Positions 38,964 to 51,082 of a stretch of DNA of 64,000 nt are shown here, in pieces (within the stretch, counting starts at the first letter, position 1; each line of letters begins with the position of its first letter). The stretch is from Okamejei kenojei. Lineage: Eukaryota. Under the pieces are notes generated by a model. It saw only the letters and a list, made by a program, of their open reading frames with translations. It had not been told where the DNA came from and did not search any database. Where the stretch lies: positions 24,552,001-24,616,000 of the forward strand of contig CM069137.1 in assembly GCA_035221665.1 (NCBI GenBank), read 5' to 3'. Position numbers and translations under genes: made by a program.

Positions 38964-39731
38964 TGAAACTGCAGATGCTGAAATCTTGAGCTGGAGGAAC
39001 TGAAAGGGGTCTAGCAGCATTTGTGGAGGGAATGGATAGACAATATATTGGGTCGAGATCCTTGAGCAGCACTTCATATTCCGCTTGGATAGCTTACAAC
39101 CCAATGGTATTCACATTGAATTCTTCAATTTCAGATAAGGCCTCTCTAACCCCACCTCCCAACACCCTAGTCACCCTGGAGAGAAGGAATGGGTGATGTT
39201 TCACTTCAGAAGTAGGGTCTCGACCTGAAACATCACCCATTCCTTCTTTCCAGAGATCCTGCCTGTCCCACTGAGTTAGCCAGTCTTTTGTGTCTATATT
39301 TGGTTTAAACCAGCATCTGCGGTTCCTTCCAACAACCTCGTTCCCCTGATATTTTCCCCTCCTCTATAAACTCGTCTACCATCCCTGAGACCCATATCTT
39401 CCTTTTATTCCCCTATGTTTCCCCTCTCCCATTCCAACACTATCTCTCCCTCAAACTTTACATTTCACACCTACTTTTCTTTCCTTATCTGCCCACCTTT
39501 TGTCTCTTTTTCACCTACTCCATCCATCTGTCAATCTGCCAACCACCTCCCTCCACAACCTCCAGTGTCTGTCTATCACTTGCTAGGCTTTCTCTCCCCC
39601 CTACTCCAACAGTCTGAAGAAGGGTTCAAGCCCAAAACGTCATTTGTGCTCTCCCCATGTGACCTGGTAAATTCCTCCAGCAGTTTGTTTTTTTGCTTGA
39701 GATTCCTGCATCTGCAGTTTCTATTGTCTCC
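38964..39731 (+). mobile_element. 5'-truncated Penelope-like element: inverted end, GIY-YIG C-terminus, 3' region and hammerhead motif, with a nested palindromic copy at ~39177-39330
   Basis: 39061-39138 reads LEQHFIFRLDSLQPNGIHIEFFNFR*, the terminal motif of PLE GIY-YIG domains. Pyrimidine-rich 3' region. CTGAAGAAGGG..CCCAAAACGTC at 39614-39641. 38964-39063 is the inverted copy of the element's own 3' end. Confidence 0.75.
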
Positions 39732-40699
39732 AATAGATTATAACAGAATTGTTTGACAAAGTATTTTGCAGATGAACAGCATGGCTTCTCCTCAGTTTAA
39801 CCAGGTAGGTAAGTGTTCATTAATAATGAAAAAAGGAATCCTTCCAGGGGTGTTAGAAAGTACAAACAAGTCAAAGCATTTGTTCCTCGGGTAATCTACA
39901 CATCAATTATCCCGCTGGGTTAATTGCTACTTTCTATACCTCAGGTACCTAAGCATTCACGCATATTCAGTCTTTCATGCTCCTGATCAAAAACTAGTAG
40001 ATTGAGGAGATATGGTGAAGATAGCCCTTCTTGTCAGGCAGTCATTTACTTATTGCACGGAGGTGGGATGGAAAGGAAAGCCATTTCCTGCACCTTGTTG
40101 TTACCTGGTGGGGTTGCTATTCAGGTGACAAGGATTCTGGCACAGGAGGGGAACAGCTGTGTTTTATACTTCATTTCCATTTGAATGAAACTCAAGTGAA
40201 CCTGGGCAGAGACCTAGACTTCACCTGGAACCTATTTTCTCTGATCTTTTAGCTCTCGAGAGAAAAGGTCCCGTGACCTGCTTGAAATCCTATTTCCTAT
40301 CTAATAATTCGCAAAGTTCACGTCGGTGAAACAGTTCAGCACAGCACAAGACGCAGATGCTCATCAAAATGTGTTTATGTACTGATTTTGCGCATTGTCT
40401 TTAGGAAAGTGATTTAAAAAAAACTGGTATGTAACAATCTATTTTGGTAAGGGTCCAAAGACCTGATTTTGATGGTACTATACAGCAAGTAGGATAGTAC
40501 CTTATAAAATGTGGCCACATAGTCACATAACAGGAGGCGTTTGATGCTGTTCATATGGGTGTAACATTGTTATGCCTGATTAAATAACAACAAGGCTCCT
40601 TGGGTTAGGATGAATATTTTCCAATATGTTAATTCATACTTATTTTTGCAAGTGTATGCAATTTATAAATAGATTCTCTTTTTGTCATTTTCTCCTTCC

Positions 40700-40915
40700 A
40701 CTCTAAAAAACAATTATTTTTCTTTATCATTGTTCTTTATCTCTCCACGTCACCGTCTATATCTCTCGTTTCCCTGGTCCCTGACCAGTCTGAAGAAGGG
40801 TCTCGACCCGAAACGTCGCCTATCTCCTTCGCTCCTTAGATGCTGCTGCACCCGCTGAGTTTCTCCAGCTTTTTGTGTAACCCTCGATTCTCCAGCATCT
40901 GCAGTTCCTTCTTTA
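40700..40915 (+). mobile_element. Young PLE-derived 3' end
   Basis: CpGs retained; intact hammerhead motif; tail ccagcatctgcagttccttctt. Confidence 0.72.
40790..40817 (+). ncRNA. Minimal type-I hammerhead ribozyme motif within a PLE-derived repeat
   Basis: CUGAAGA-A-[GGGUC uc GACCC]-GAAA-C-GUC: intact catalytic core, perfect 5-bp stem II, palindromic ACGU in place of stem III. Stem I is very short (about 2 bp). Activity unknown. Confidence 0.6.
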
Positions 40916-41111
40916 ATCCATTCTCTATGAATCTGTTCAGCGTATGTCACCCAGAAAAAACTCTTCTTAATGTACCATTGGTACAAAAGTGTAAGTACTG
41001 AATATAATGGCCAAGATCCTCAAAGCAGCCATGGAATACAATATGCTGCCCTCCTAAAATAGGTTTAATTTGCAAAATTTAAGAATTAGTCCTCAAACAT
41101 GTAGATTGAGT

Positions 41112-41197
41112 GAAGGGTCTCGACCCGAAACGTCGCCTATCTCCTTCGCTCCTTAGATGCTGCTGCACCCGCTGAGTTTCTCCAGCTTTTTGTGTAC
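41112..41197 (+). repeat. 85-bp exact copy of 40795-40879 (plus 1 nt) flanked by a 12-bp direct repeat
   Basis: tgtagattgagt at 41100-41111 and 41198-41209. Confidence 0.85.
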
Positions 41198-42400
41198 TGT
41201 AGATTGAGTAGTATTTGCAGACTGGCCAATCTGCGGACCCAGGCTAAAATGGAAGCTTTTGTGACGGAAAGGTTTTCTGTTCACTTTGGATGCATATTGT
41301 GCCAGTTTAATTTGACCCCATTGGCTCGGTACCACATTAAAGGTGGATTTCCTCACCTAGAGGCTGCTGATCAAGGTCTCTGGAACGTACAGTATGTATT
41401 CACAAGCAAAGATGACAAGGGATGGCCCTCAAATGAATTAAAATGCCAACTTTTTGCTGCTATGGGGAGCAATATAATGAGAATTTCTACAAATGTTGGC
41501 TACCAATGACAGTTTTAATCTGACTGGTTTGGCTCATCACACTTATTTCATACAGCTGTCCAAATGATCATGTAAGAGCACTGCTATTGAGATATTATGA
41601 TTCAGACAATCTAATACCTGTTTTGATGATTGCCAGCAATTGAGAAATAGCAATTTCAGGATTCACCTAGTCCAGGCTTCCAGAGGAAGTGATTATTTCC
41701 AATTGTGCATTTTTATGGTAGGTCAGACCATATTTTGGATCACGTCACTTTGGTAGTGACCATTGCGTTTTGACTTTGTAGCCTGGATACATTAACCAGT
41801 ACTCTCAAACAAAGAACCTGCATTAAATAGTTCTCAAAAAGAATGCAAAATAACCTTGAATAATTCAGATTGATTTCCATCTGTATGTCACTGATATTCC
41901 GATTTTTCCAGTAAAGTAAAATAAATCTGAGGGAAAATATGCTAGGAGCATTCATAATTTTAATTAGGTATTGTGTTACAGGATTTTTTAGTAAAGCAAA
42001 GGCTGGCAACAGCAAAATTTTGAGTCCTACAGTTCTCATTTAGTTTACATGGTAAAAGGAAGCAACTGCTATTAAATTACTTTGAAACATTCTTTACTTA
42101 TAACTCAAGCTGTGTGGAACTGTGTTGTGTTGAAACAGTGTTCAACATATGCTTGATGTGTTAGCATTTAAATTAGTCTTTACTAAATATATATTTAGCA
42201 AGTGGATTGAATTTGAAGCATGAGGTTAAAGATATTCGCAGTAGTGCATTTATGGGGTGCTACAAATGAATAATTGAAAATGTAAGTTACCTTATTATTT
42301 TCACTGCTTAGTGTATGAGATACCAAAGGAAAAGGGTCTGTTCATGCCATTCCAATGGAATTTTTACTACCCTGTCACCAGCAAGTTATATGCTATATTA

Positions 42401-42715
42401 NNNNNNNNNNNNNNNNNNNNNNNNNNNNNNNNNNNNNNNNNNNNNNNNNNNNNNNNNNNNNNNNNNNNNNNNNNNNNNNNNNNNNNNNNNNNNNNNNNNN
42501 NNNNNNNNNNNNNNNNNNNNNNNNNNNNNNNNNNNNNNNNNNNNNNNNNNNNNNNNNNNNNNNNNNNNNNNNNNNNNNNNNNNNNNNNNNNNNNNNNNNN
42601 NNNNNNNNNNNNNNNNNNNNNNNNNNNNNNNNNNNNNNNNNNNNNNNNNNNNNNNNNNNNNNNNNNNNNNNNNNNNNNNNNNNNNNNNNNNNNNNNNNNN
42701 NNNNNNNNNNNNNNN
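42401..42715. other. N run (315 bp)
   Basis: Directly visible. Confidence 0.99.
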
Positions 42716-43885
42716 ACTCTTCCGCTATTTCCCTCTCACCTCTCCCTCCGCCTTCTTCATTCCCCCCCTTTCTTCGTCTGCCCATCCTGTCGACGCACTA
42801 TTGTGATATTGCTAATTTTATTCCCTGGGTTGTTATCATTATTTGATAATGTGGTCACCCATTTGAAAAGTAAACACGGTTTAAAATATGTATAACATGC
42901 TCTAAATGCTTCAGTGTACAGTTCTCAACAATTCTTACACTCCTTTATTCCCTAGCACGATGGAAGCACTAAAGATCTGCCAAATGTTCACATCTCAGAT
43001 GATGTAGTGGGGAGGTACTCCCAACTAACAGGGGACTTTGCACATGCGAAAACATTTAGGCCTCCGCTGCAAGAGAAAGGAAGCCGATAGCAGTGCAGTG
43101 TGACTATCTGCCTGACTTTTGCCACACCCTGCGTTAGACTGATGAGCACCAGTTTACTGCCCACGTCAGCAGATTCCAGTACCTGAGAGATAGGGTTCAG
43201 CAGGCTGCTGATGGCATCGGGCCATACAGGCCTCCCAGAACAGCTGAAACTAACAGGAAAGGGATTGGAATCTGAATGCCGTATGAGGCCAGGCTTCAGA
43301 GAAAGGCCACAGATAAGTGTTTTGACTTTTGAGCAGTTACATCCACAGCAGACGGATTGTAGCGCCCGTTCAATGTGTTATGTTGAATCCTCAAGCCAGT
43401 ACTTCAGTCATGTCTTCCAGGATGGTGCAGAAACATTTGGGGAAGCTGGAAAAATATGTTTATTGGGGCCAGATGGGAGAAAAGATACAGCAAGTGTGTG
43501 AAGGCTAATGAGGGTGAGGTGAAAGCCACTAGGACAAAGGTAAGCTTGACTATTTACCCAGGTGGAGAAAGAGTATTTATTCCTTAAAAGGAAAATAAAA
43601 GCTGCAAGAAGTCCAACAGAATAAAAGGCGGATCATGTAGCGCCTTCTCCCAAAATGACACAAGGTCTTATTACAGCAGATCAAGATGCTGATATTGGAT
43701 ACTTAGCCTGAATTAAACTCAAGCAAATAACCGATCGCATGTTCTCTTCAACGGGACATATGTAAGTGAAATAAATGGGAATAATATCAAGCTTTCCGTC
43801 CCAATTCACACCAGGTGAACTATTTTGAGAACTTTAATGTTTGATTTGTTTGCAAATGGAGCAGACTGACATACCACATAAATAG

Positions 43886-44407
43886 TGTAGAAACAAGGCA
43901 CAGCAGATGCTGGTTTGCACAAAAGGACACAAAGTGCTAGAGTAACTCAGCAGGTCAGGCAGCAACTCTGGAGAACATGGATAGGTGGTGTGTCTGGTCG
44001 GGACCCTTCTTCAGAGTGTGGAGTCTGAAGAAGGTTCCAAACCCAAAACATCACCTATCCATCTTCTCCACAGATGCTGCCTGGCCCACTAACTTATAAC
44101 CATATAACCATATAACAATTACAGCACGGAAACAGGCCCTCTCGGCCCTTCCAGTCCGTGCCGACCATTTGTTTTCCCCTAGTCCCATCTACCTGCACTC
44201 AGACCATACCCTCCATTCCCTTCACGTCTATATACCTATCCACTTTTCTTTTAAATGTTAAAAACGATCCTGCCTCCACCACTTCTGCTGGAAGCTCATT
44301 CCACACAGCCACCACCCTCTGAGTAAAGAAGTTCCCCCTCACGTTACCCCTAAACGTCTGTCCCTTAATTCTCATGTCAACTTCCTCCAACACTTTGTGT
44401 CCTTTTC
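43886..44407. mobile_element. PLE-derived palindromic repeat interrupted by a CR1 3' end
   Basis: Arms meet near 44014-44025. Diverged 16-bp TSD ccacataaatagtgta (43874-89) / ccacagaaatcgtata (44408-23). Confidence 0.7.
44096..44378 (-). mobile_element. Young CR1 (HER1-like) 3' end
   Basis: ORF RGNFFTQRVVAVWNELPAEVVEAGS..FKR.VDRY; TSD aactt (44091-95, 44379-83). Confidence 0.88.
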
Positions 44408-45376
44408 CCACAGAAATCGTATATTGATTCTGTATTCTTATGCAGACGGTGGGCTCCATTTTGCTTGACATACAAAAATTCTGCAATTCCACATGATTTC
44501 ACAGTTCATATATTGAGGTGTATTTACACAACGATAGCCCTCACGAGCGCAAACGGCATGGCTGTGGCAGTATAAACTACACGGGGTAAGTTCATTGATC
44601 CCATTCTTTTCAGCAAGATGCTGTACTTGACAAGTCTCTGAGCTACAATATCCAATGCCACTTTTCCAGCATTTTCTCCTTTCAGTGTGAGATCAATGTA
44701 CGTAATAGGTGGCCCAAAAGTAATTTTTTTGGCCCGTGTACATACTTTGTAATGATTAGATTGTGTGAAATACCGCAAGCAAGTCAGCTGATGCACATAC
44801 TCAGTCCTTCTTCGTGTAGGAACTGGGAATATATATAAGGTTAGTAATTGTTCTTTGTCCGTTTGTCCCGGAATAGTCTGCCTTATTCCAATGCCCTGTG
44901 TATATTCTGATGGAATCGGTCACGTTTGCATTAAAACAGTTATTGTGATAGTTTGGGTCTGGCCCATGTTGCCTGATACATTGAGCCACTGAACCAATGA
45001 AATGGTTCAAGAGACAAAGCTCATACCATTAACACATTTCAAAGTCATGAATTGAAACTCCAGTCTGCTCTTTTCAAAATTCTTGATGGCATGGCAACAA
45101 AGAAGCAAGCAAGTGTTTTACGTTGCGAACTGTATAGACTTCTCTTTGAGGCTGCGGTAATTGTGCAGAGGCGTGCAGAGTGTATATGTATGGTGTATGT
45201 GTGCCTTTGTGTGCCTGTGTGAGTATGTGTGTGCATGCGCATCAACATGTGTGGGTGGGTGCATGCATCTATAAATCGATAGGAAATTAAAATGCATGTT
45301 AGAATAATGAAATCGATATGTATATAAGGTGTTAAAAGAGAGAGTTATAGAGTCATACAGCACGGAAACAGGTCAT

Positions 45377-45532
45377 AGACACAAAATGTTGGAGTAACTC
45401 AGCAGGACAGGCAGCAGATCGATCCGAAACGTCACCCATTTCCTTTATCCATAGATGGTGCCTGTCCCGCTGAGTTACTCAAGCATTTTGTGTCTATTTT
45501 TGGTTTAAACCAGCATCTGCAGTTTCTTCCTC
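45377..45532. mobile_element. PLE-derived repeat inserted into a CR1/HE1-type tail (45340-45610)
   Basis: TSD cacggaaacaggtcat (45361-76) / cacagaaacaggtcat (45533-48). Confidence 0.72.
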
Positions 45533-46456
45533 CACAGAAACAGGTCATTTGGCCCAACTTGCCCATGCTGATTAAGATGCCCCCACTGTGCTTGTCCCAC
45601 CTGCCTGCAAATCTAATAACCTTAGCTGTTATTACAATGTACACTCGTTAAGCATGAAAACATTTCAAGATTGGATTTACATGTTTGAACCCAAAAGTTT
45701 CAACTAATTGAATACTAATATCACTTAAAAGTTATTTTAAAATTACCTCCTGATGCTTTAGGAAATACATGCAAGAGGCCATCATTTAAATTATAATGCT
45801 AAGATATCTGGAGACACACCTTGCAGTCAATCATAGTGTTCCAACCAAGATCAAATTTGAACCATCTGGGTCTTTTTTTGTTACAACTGTGCTGCCATTG
45901 CCCCAGTTAATCATGACCTGATGATTTGTGAGGTACAATTAAGTATTTGATGAATAAATATTCTGTGGCATGAGAAATGCTTACACGTGATTTACAAATA
46001 AATCTATGGTGAGAATGTTCAGCATCAAATTTGAACCAGAAACTAACTTGGAGGTAGCAAATGGCAAGTTGAACCGTGAATGTAGTCTGGTTGGTTGCTT
46101 ACTTCTTCTGAATGTTTTTTTTCTTCCCATACCTGTTCAAAATCTGCCAGCTTTCCTCCTGTTTGCACCAGTGTATCGAGGGGAGGAGTTCAACAAAAAT
46201 ACTGATTAAATTATGCATGGGAGCAGATAAGATACTTAATTTAGTCACTGCCTTTTTTTAAAAAGCCGTAGGAAGCTAAAAAGAGACCTTTATTTTCTAA
46301 AAAGAAATTGGCCCCTTTGTGACAGCAAAGTACCAGCTTGCACACAGGCGAAACTGTAACAATTTTATATTCTCGACGTTTTGTGTGTATTTGGTTAGTT
46401 ACAGTAATTATGCCCAATAACTGACAGCCGAAATCGCGTAGGGAAAGGCAGACTGC

Positions 46457-46596
46457 NNNNNNNNNNNNNNNNNNNNNNNNNNNNNNNNNNNNNNNNNNNN
46501 NNNNNNNNNNNNNNNNNNNNNNNNNNNNNNNNNNNNNNNNNNNNNNNNNNNNNNNNNNNNNNNNNNNNNNNNNNNNNNNNNNNNNNNNNNNNNNNN
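46457..46596. other. N run (140 bp)
   Basis: Directly visible. Confidence 0.99.
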
Positions 46597-46671
46597 AAAG
46601 CTGATAGGATGTGGTCGCTGGCTCACCTGTGTGACAAACAGATTTTTTTTTCTTTGCTCTTTCGACCTGAG

Positions 46672-46824
46672 NNNNNNNNNNNNNNNNNNNNNNNNNNNNN
46701 NNNNNNNNNNNNNNNNNNNNNNNNNNNNNNNNNNNNNNNNNNNNNNNNNNNNNNNNNNNNNNNNNNNNNNNNNNNNNNNNNNNNNNNNNNNNNNNNNNNN
46801 NNNNNNNNNNNNNNNNNNNNNNNN
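46672..46824. other. N run (153 bp)
   Basis: Directly visible. Confidence 0.99.
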
Positions 46825-48856
46825 CTTGATGGGGGCTCCGTACATTTGTTGCAAGATAGAACATGTGTGGATGTGTGTGCACAGATGGCTGAGTGTTATG
46901 GGGTGAGAAAAGGTGGTACCTCAGAACAGTTGAACAAACCTTGCTCTGCTAGCCTGTTGCTTGGGATTGAACAAATAATGGGACTTTAATTGAATTAAAG
47001 ACCAGCCTCAGTCAGTGCCTCGTGACAGAAATTATCAAATCTCTCGTTTCTCATTGTTCCATTTACACGTCGCTGAATTTCCTCCTTTTGTGCTTTGTCA
47101 CCCCTGCTATAAAGAATACCCGTAATGCATTGAACGTCTGCCTCTGTGCTTTTCACTTCTGTCACTTCTTGCCTAGTTTTGGTGGGTTGTGAGGTGAGGT
47201 CTGGTATAGTCAGCTGCATCTTTGTCAGCTTAACAAGGCCCAAAACTCCCTGGAAACCTAGCAGACAATGACCTCATTTCCAATTTGCAAATGCGCACAC
47301 CTCCCCATTGAGCCATTCAGGTGATTAACATACTTCCAAATCCTTTTTTTTCTAAGCACGACAAATTTGCTTTCATCCAATGAGGTGAATGTCCGTTCAC
47401 ATCCCATGCAAGTGATGGGCTGGAAAGCAACACATGCCTGTGAGCCGTGCCAGACAGAGAAGGCCCTTGTTAATTCCCAGCACCAGAAATAAATATGATT
47501 CTTAGCTGAGAGGATTACATGGCATTTGAGTATAGGCTGCCCCAACCAGAAGTGAACTTTGTATTTTTTCTTATAAAACAACTGCTCTGCTGCTGATGGA
47601 AGGCACTCACTATGAGTCTTTAGCTGCATGGGATCACGAGAGTTTATTTCCACAAAGTTATTTCCTTGTGGACCCGGCTGTCAGTTCTACATTTAAAGGT
47701 ATGGTTCGATTTTAGTCACTCCTGTACAAGCGATTTTGTAAAAGAGGTTCTAGTAAAAGTTGAGATTCACCGACGAGAAGGCTGTCGGGGACTGGCTGAA
47801 TGACTTTCATTGGTGTTGCTCTTGGATGCAAGAAGTTATGCTTTAGGTGGAGACAAAAGACCTCTGAAGAACTATAAATCAGGATTAGTATTCTGTTTTT
47901 GATTGATAATTTATTGCAAGGGCTTTTCGGGGAGATTTGCTGGTCAGTTTTAAGTGATTTTACTACTGATACATTGTAAAAAAAAGTGATCTTTCGTTCC
48001 AGTGCTGCCTGATTCTATTTGCATGTATATTAATCAACACTAAACCCAGGATTGACTTGTGGCCTTGAATTGGAGATGATCCAATGTTTCAGGTACTACT
48101 CCCTTTGGGAGAATAAAGCATCGTGCTGAGTACAAGTGGATGGTCAGAATACTTAAAATGTATCATAACCTTTGATCTAAAAGCTTCAAACTGTTCTTTC
48201 AGTATTTAGTAGAGAAAGAGTATATTTAGCCAATGCTTTTACCATAATTTATATTTGCTGGGTTTTCTGCTAAAAGCATTGCTGTGAAAGCTGGCACACG
48301 AAGACGATGATCTGTAAAGGCAGGAGGTTTAATGCTTTATGTAAGATCAAATCTTTGCAATGTTCTGTTTTCATTTTATTTTCCCCCGCATTTGACTCTG
48401 TTATTTAAGCTCCATTCATTCAGAGGCAATCGAATCAGCTGTCAGTTCTGTTTACAAGCCTGCAATTAATGCATTGTCTTTACTTGATGCCCCCATGCCA
48501 TCTAATTTGCTTGGTCACAAGTCAGGAAACAATTTGGCGCGATGACGTCTTTGCTGAGCGTGATCATCATTGATCGCACTGGTTGCTGAGTGCGTGTTAT
48601 TTCAGTTGCAGCAGAGGTGCCAAATGGATGGACCATTTTTACAAAGCCTAGGTCATTCTCAAGAGGCTCTTTGCCAAATTGGTTGTCTATGTTGAAGCGA
48701 GGATCTTAAACAGTGCAAAACTCTTTGACCAGGTATGGTATTATCATTGGACCCTGTGGCAAAATGGCTGCAATAATAGGTGAGCATCTGAGTAGGAAAT
48801 AGAACGCAATCACCTGAACCTGAGGACTATTCGCACTCTCTTTTCGCTCATTGCTC

Positions 48857-49082
48857 TGTTTTACACAAAGGCTAATAGGTGTATGGAACAAGCTGCTGGA
48901 GGAGGTAGTTAAGGCAGGTACTATCACAATGTTGAAACATGTTTGGATAGTTGCATGGATAGGATAAGTTTAGAGGGATATGGGCCAAATGCAGGCAAAT
49001 TGGACTAGTGTAGATGGGGCATGTTGGTCGGCGTGGGCAGGTTGGGCTGAAGGGCCTTTTTCCATGCTATTTGACTCTATGC
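48857..49082 (+). mobile_element. CR1 (HER1-like) 3' end
   Basis: ttttacacaaagg..tggaacaagctgctggaggaggtagt..gaagggcc..gactctatg. Confidence 0.8.
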
Positions 49083-49604
49083 TCAAAGCTGACCCATTAG
49101 ACAACCTTTCATCTTGGAATAGGCGGGGATATTAAAGGAGTAGCAAAATACACTCAATCCAATTCTGTTGGTGAAGGATCGAATTGGGGCTGCTCTGACT
49201 GGAAACATCGCCTATCCATGTTCTCCAGATTTGCTGCTTGATCCGCTGAGTAACTCTAACACTTTGTGTCTTCTTTATGATACAAGCAGTTCAATTTTCT
49301 GGCCAGAGGCAAGTGATAAACCGCCCTCATTAGAAAAATGATGATAGTGGTGGAGAGCCAAGGACAGGGAGAGGAACCTAGTTAAGATAAGTTGAATGTT
49401 AACACTAACTAATGGATAGTTTAAAGCAAGTTGAAATAAGTCATCCTTATAAATAATGCCAAATGTCTTGAAACATAATTTGCTCACTTAACCCCTCATG
49501 ACATTTTATTTAACATACAGGTATTTTCTAAAATTTGTTTGAAACTTCCTTATTATTTTCCTGGCCTAAAACATAACTAGATATCTCTTATCAAAGTCTA
49601 TATA

Positions 49605-50375
49605 TGTACATACAAGCAGAGGATTGAGGAAGCCACTTAGCCTCTTATGTCTATTCTGCCATTTAATGGGATTATTACTGATCTGATTGTAACCTCATCT
49701 CTGTATTCCTATGTACCCAAGCTAACCTTTCAACACCTTGAAAGACATATTGACCACCCTTTGAAGAAGTTTCAAAAATTCAAGATCCTCTGAGAGAAAT
49801 AAATAATTGTCACATCCCTGTTTTAAATGAGTGGCTCCTTATTTCGAAAGGTGACCAACAGTTCTATAATCTCCATCAAGAGGATTCATCCTCTTCTTGG
49901 CATGTCTCCTCAGCAAATTATATGTTTCAATCACATTCCCTTTCACTTGTCTAAGCACCAGTGAATGTAAGTCGCTAACGATATCCTACATGTGGTATGT
50001 AAAAACCTGCCAAAGTTGAGGTAGGTACTATAATAACATTTACCGGTAAATGATATTTGGACAGGTACATGGATAGGAATGACTCAGAGAGATATGGGTT
50101 AAATTTGGGAAAGGGGACTAGCATAGATGGACATCATGGTTGGCATAGACAAATTGGGCCAAAGGGTCTGTGTCCATGCTCTACAACTTTATGACAACAA
50201 CCATATAGTCATATAGCATGGAATAAGGCATTTTGGCTCACTGAATTTGCACTGACCATAAAGCACCCATTTACTCTACTCCTATTTTATTCTTTCTCCA
50301 AGATTTTACCACTCACCTCCCTCTTTGGGGCAATTTACAGTGACTAACCTGCCATTTTGCACTTTTGGGATGTTG
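49605..50375. mobile_element. Cluster of diverged CR1 ends and an HE1 fragment in mixed orientations
   Basis: Old minus CR1 tail ~49605-49970, plus HER1 tail ~49990-50195, minus HE1-like tail ~50205-50375. Confidence 0.55.
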
Positions 50376-50482
50376 CTCAATACCTCTTCCTGAGAATGAC
50401 TTTTGATCATATAGTTACACCAGCACTCAGACCACCTGGTTCTCACACTGAACACCATTGTGGTCTGAAGTTGCCTCCATTT

Positions 50483-50650
50483 ATGTAAGAAGGAACTGCA
50501 GATGCTTGTTTACACCGAAGATTGACACAAAATGCTGGAGTAACTCAATGGGTCAGGCAGCATCTCTGGAGAAAAGGAGTAGGTGATGTTTCGGGTCGAG
50601 AACCTTACAGCCTAATGAAGGGTCTGACCCGAAACGTCACCATCTCTCTT
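50483..50650. mobile_element. PLE-derived palindromic repeat with a short right arm
   Basis: gtaagaaggaactgcagatgc..tttcgggtcgag | ctaatgaagggtctgacccgaaacgtcac. Confidence 0.68.
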
Positions 50651-51082
50651 CTAATACAATCCTGAGTATCATATGGTTCTTTATAAACTAGAGAAGATTG
50701 GAACCTTCCTGCCCAAGTCAAAACTGGATCCCACTACTTGTATGCTTTCTAACCTACACAGTTCCAGCTATCTTAATTCTTACCAATTTTAAAATCCCAT
50801 TTATAGGCTTGGTTGACTTTGTCACCAGCTCTGAAACACATTAATGTTTCCGTGCTCCTTCAATTTTTGTTATTTCCAAATTCTATCGTGTGCAAGTCTG
50901 CCTTCAGCATTCTTCTCCCTAAATCTCAACACCTAATTTCAGATGATCTTTGAAATTTATCTCTCTAACTTATCTTATGCTCATTGAATATTTTTCTGTG
51001 GCTAGATGTCAAACTTTATTAGCAAAGTCTCGTGAATCGCCTTAGGACATTTTCTTGTATTAAAGTGACTGCATAATCGCAA

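Noticed and set aside
41330-41600. LF-SINE-like remnant on the minus strand
   Set aside because: Resemblance limited to a few short words; cannot be supported without alignment.
42311-46989. Long ORFs containing X runs
   Set aside because: Artefacts of translating through N.
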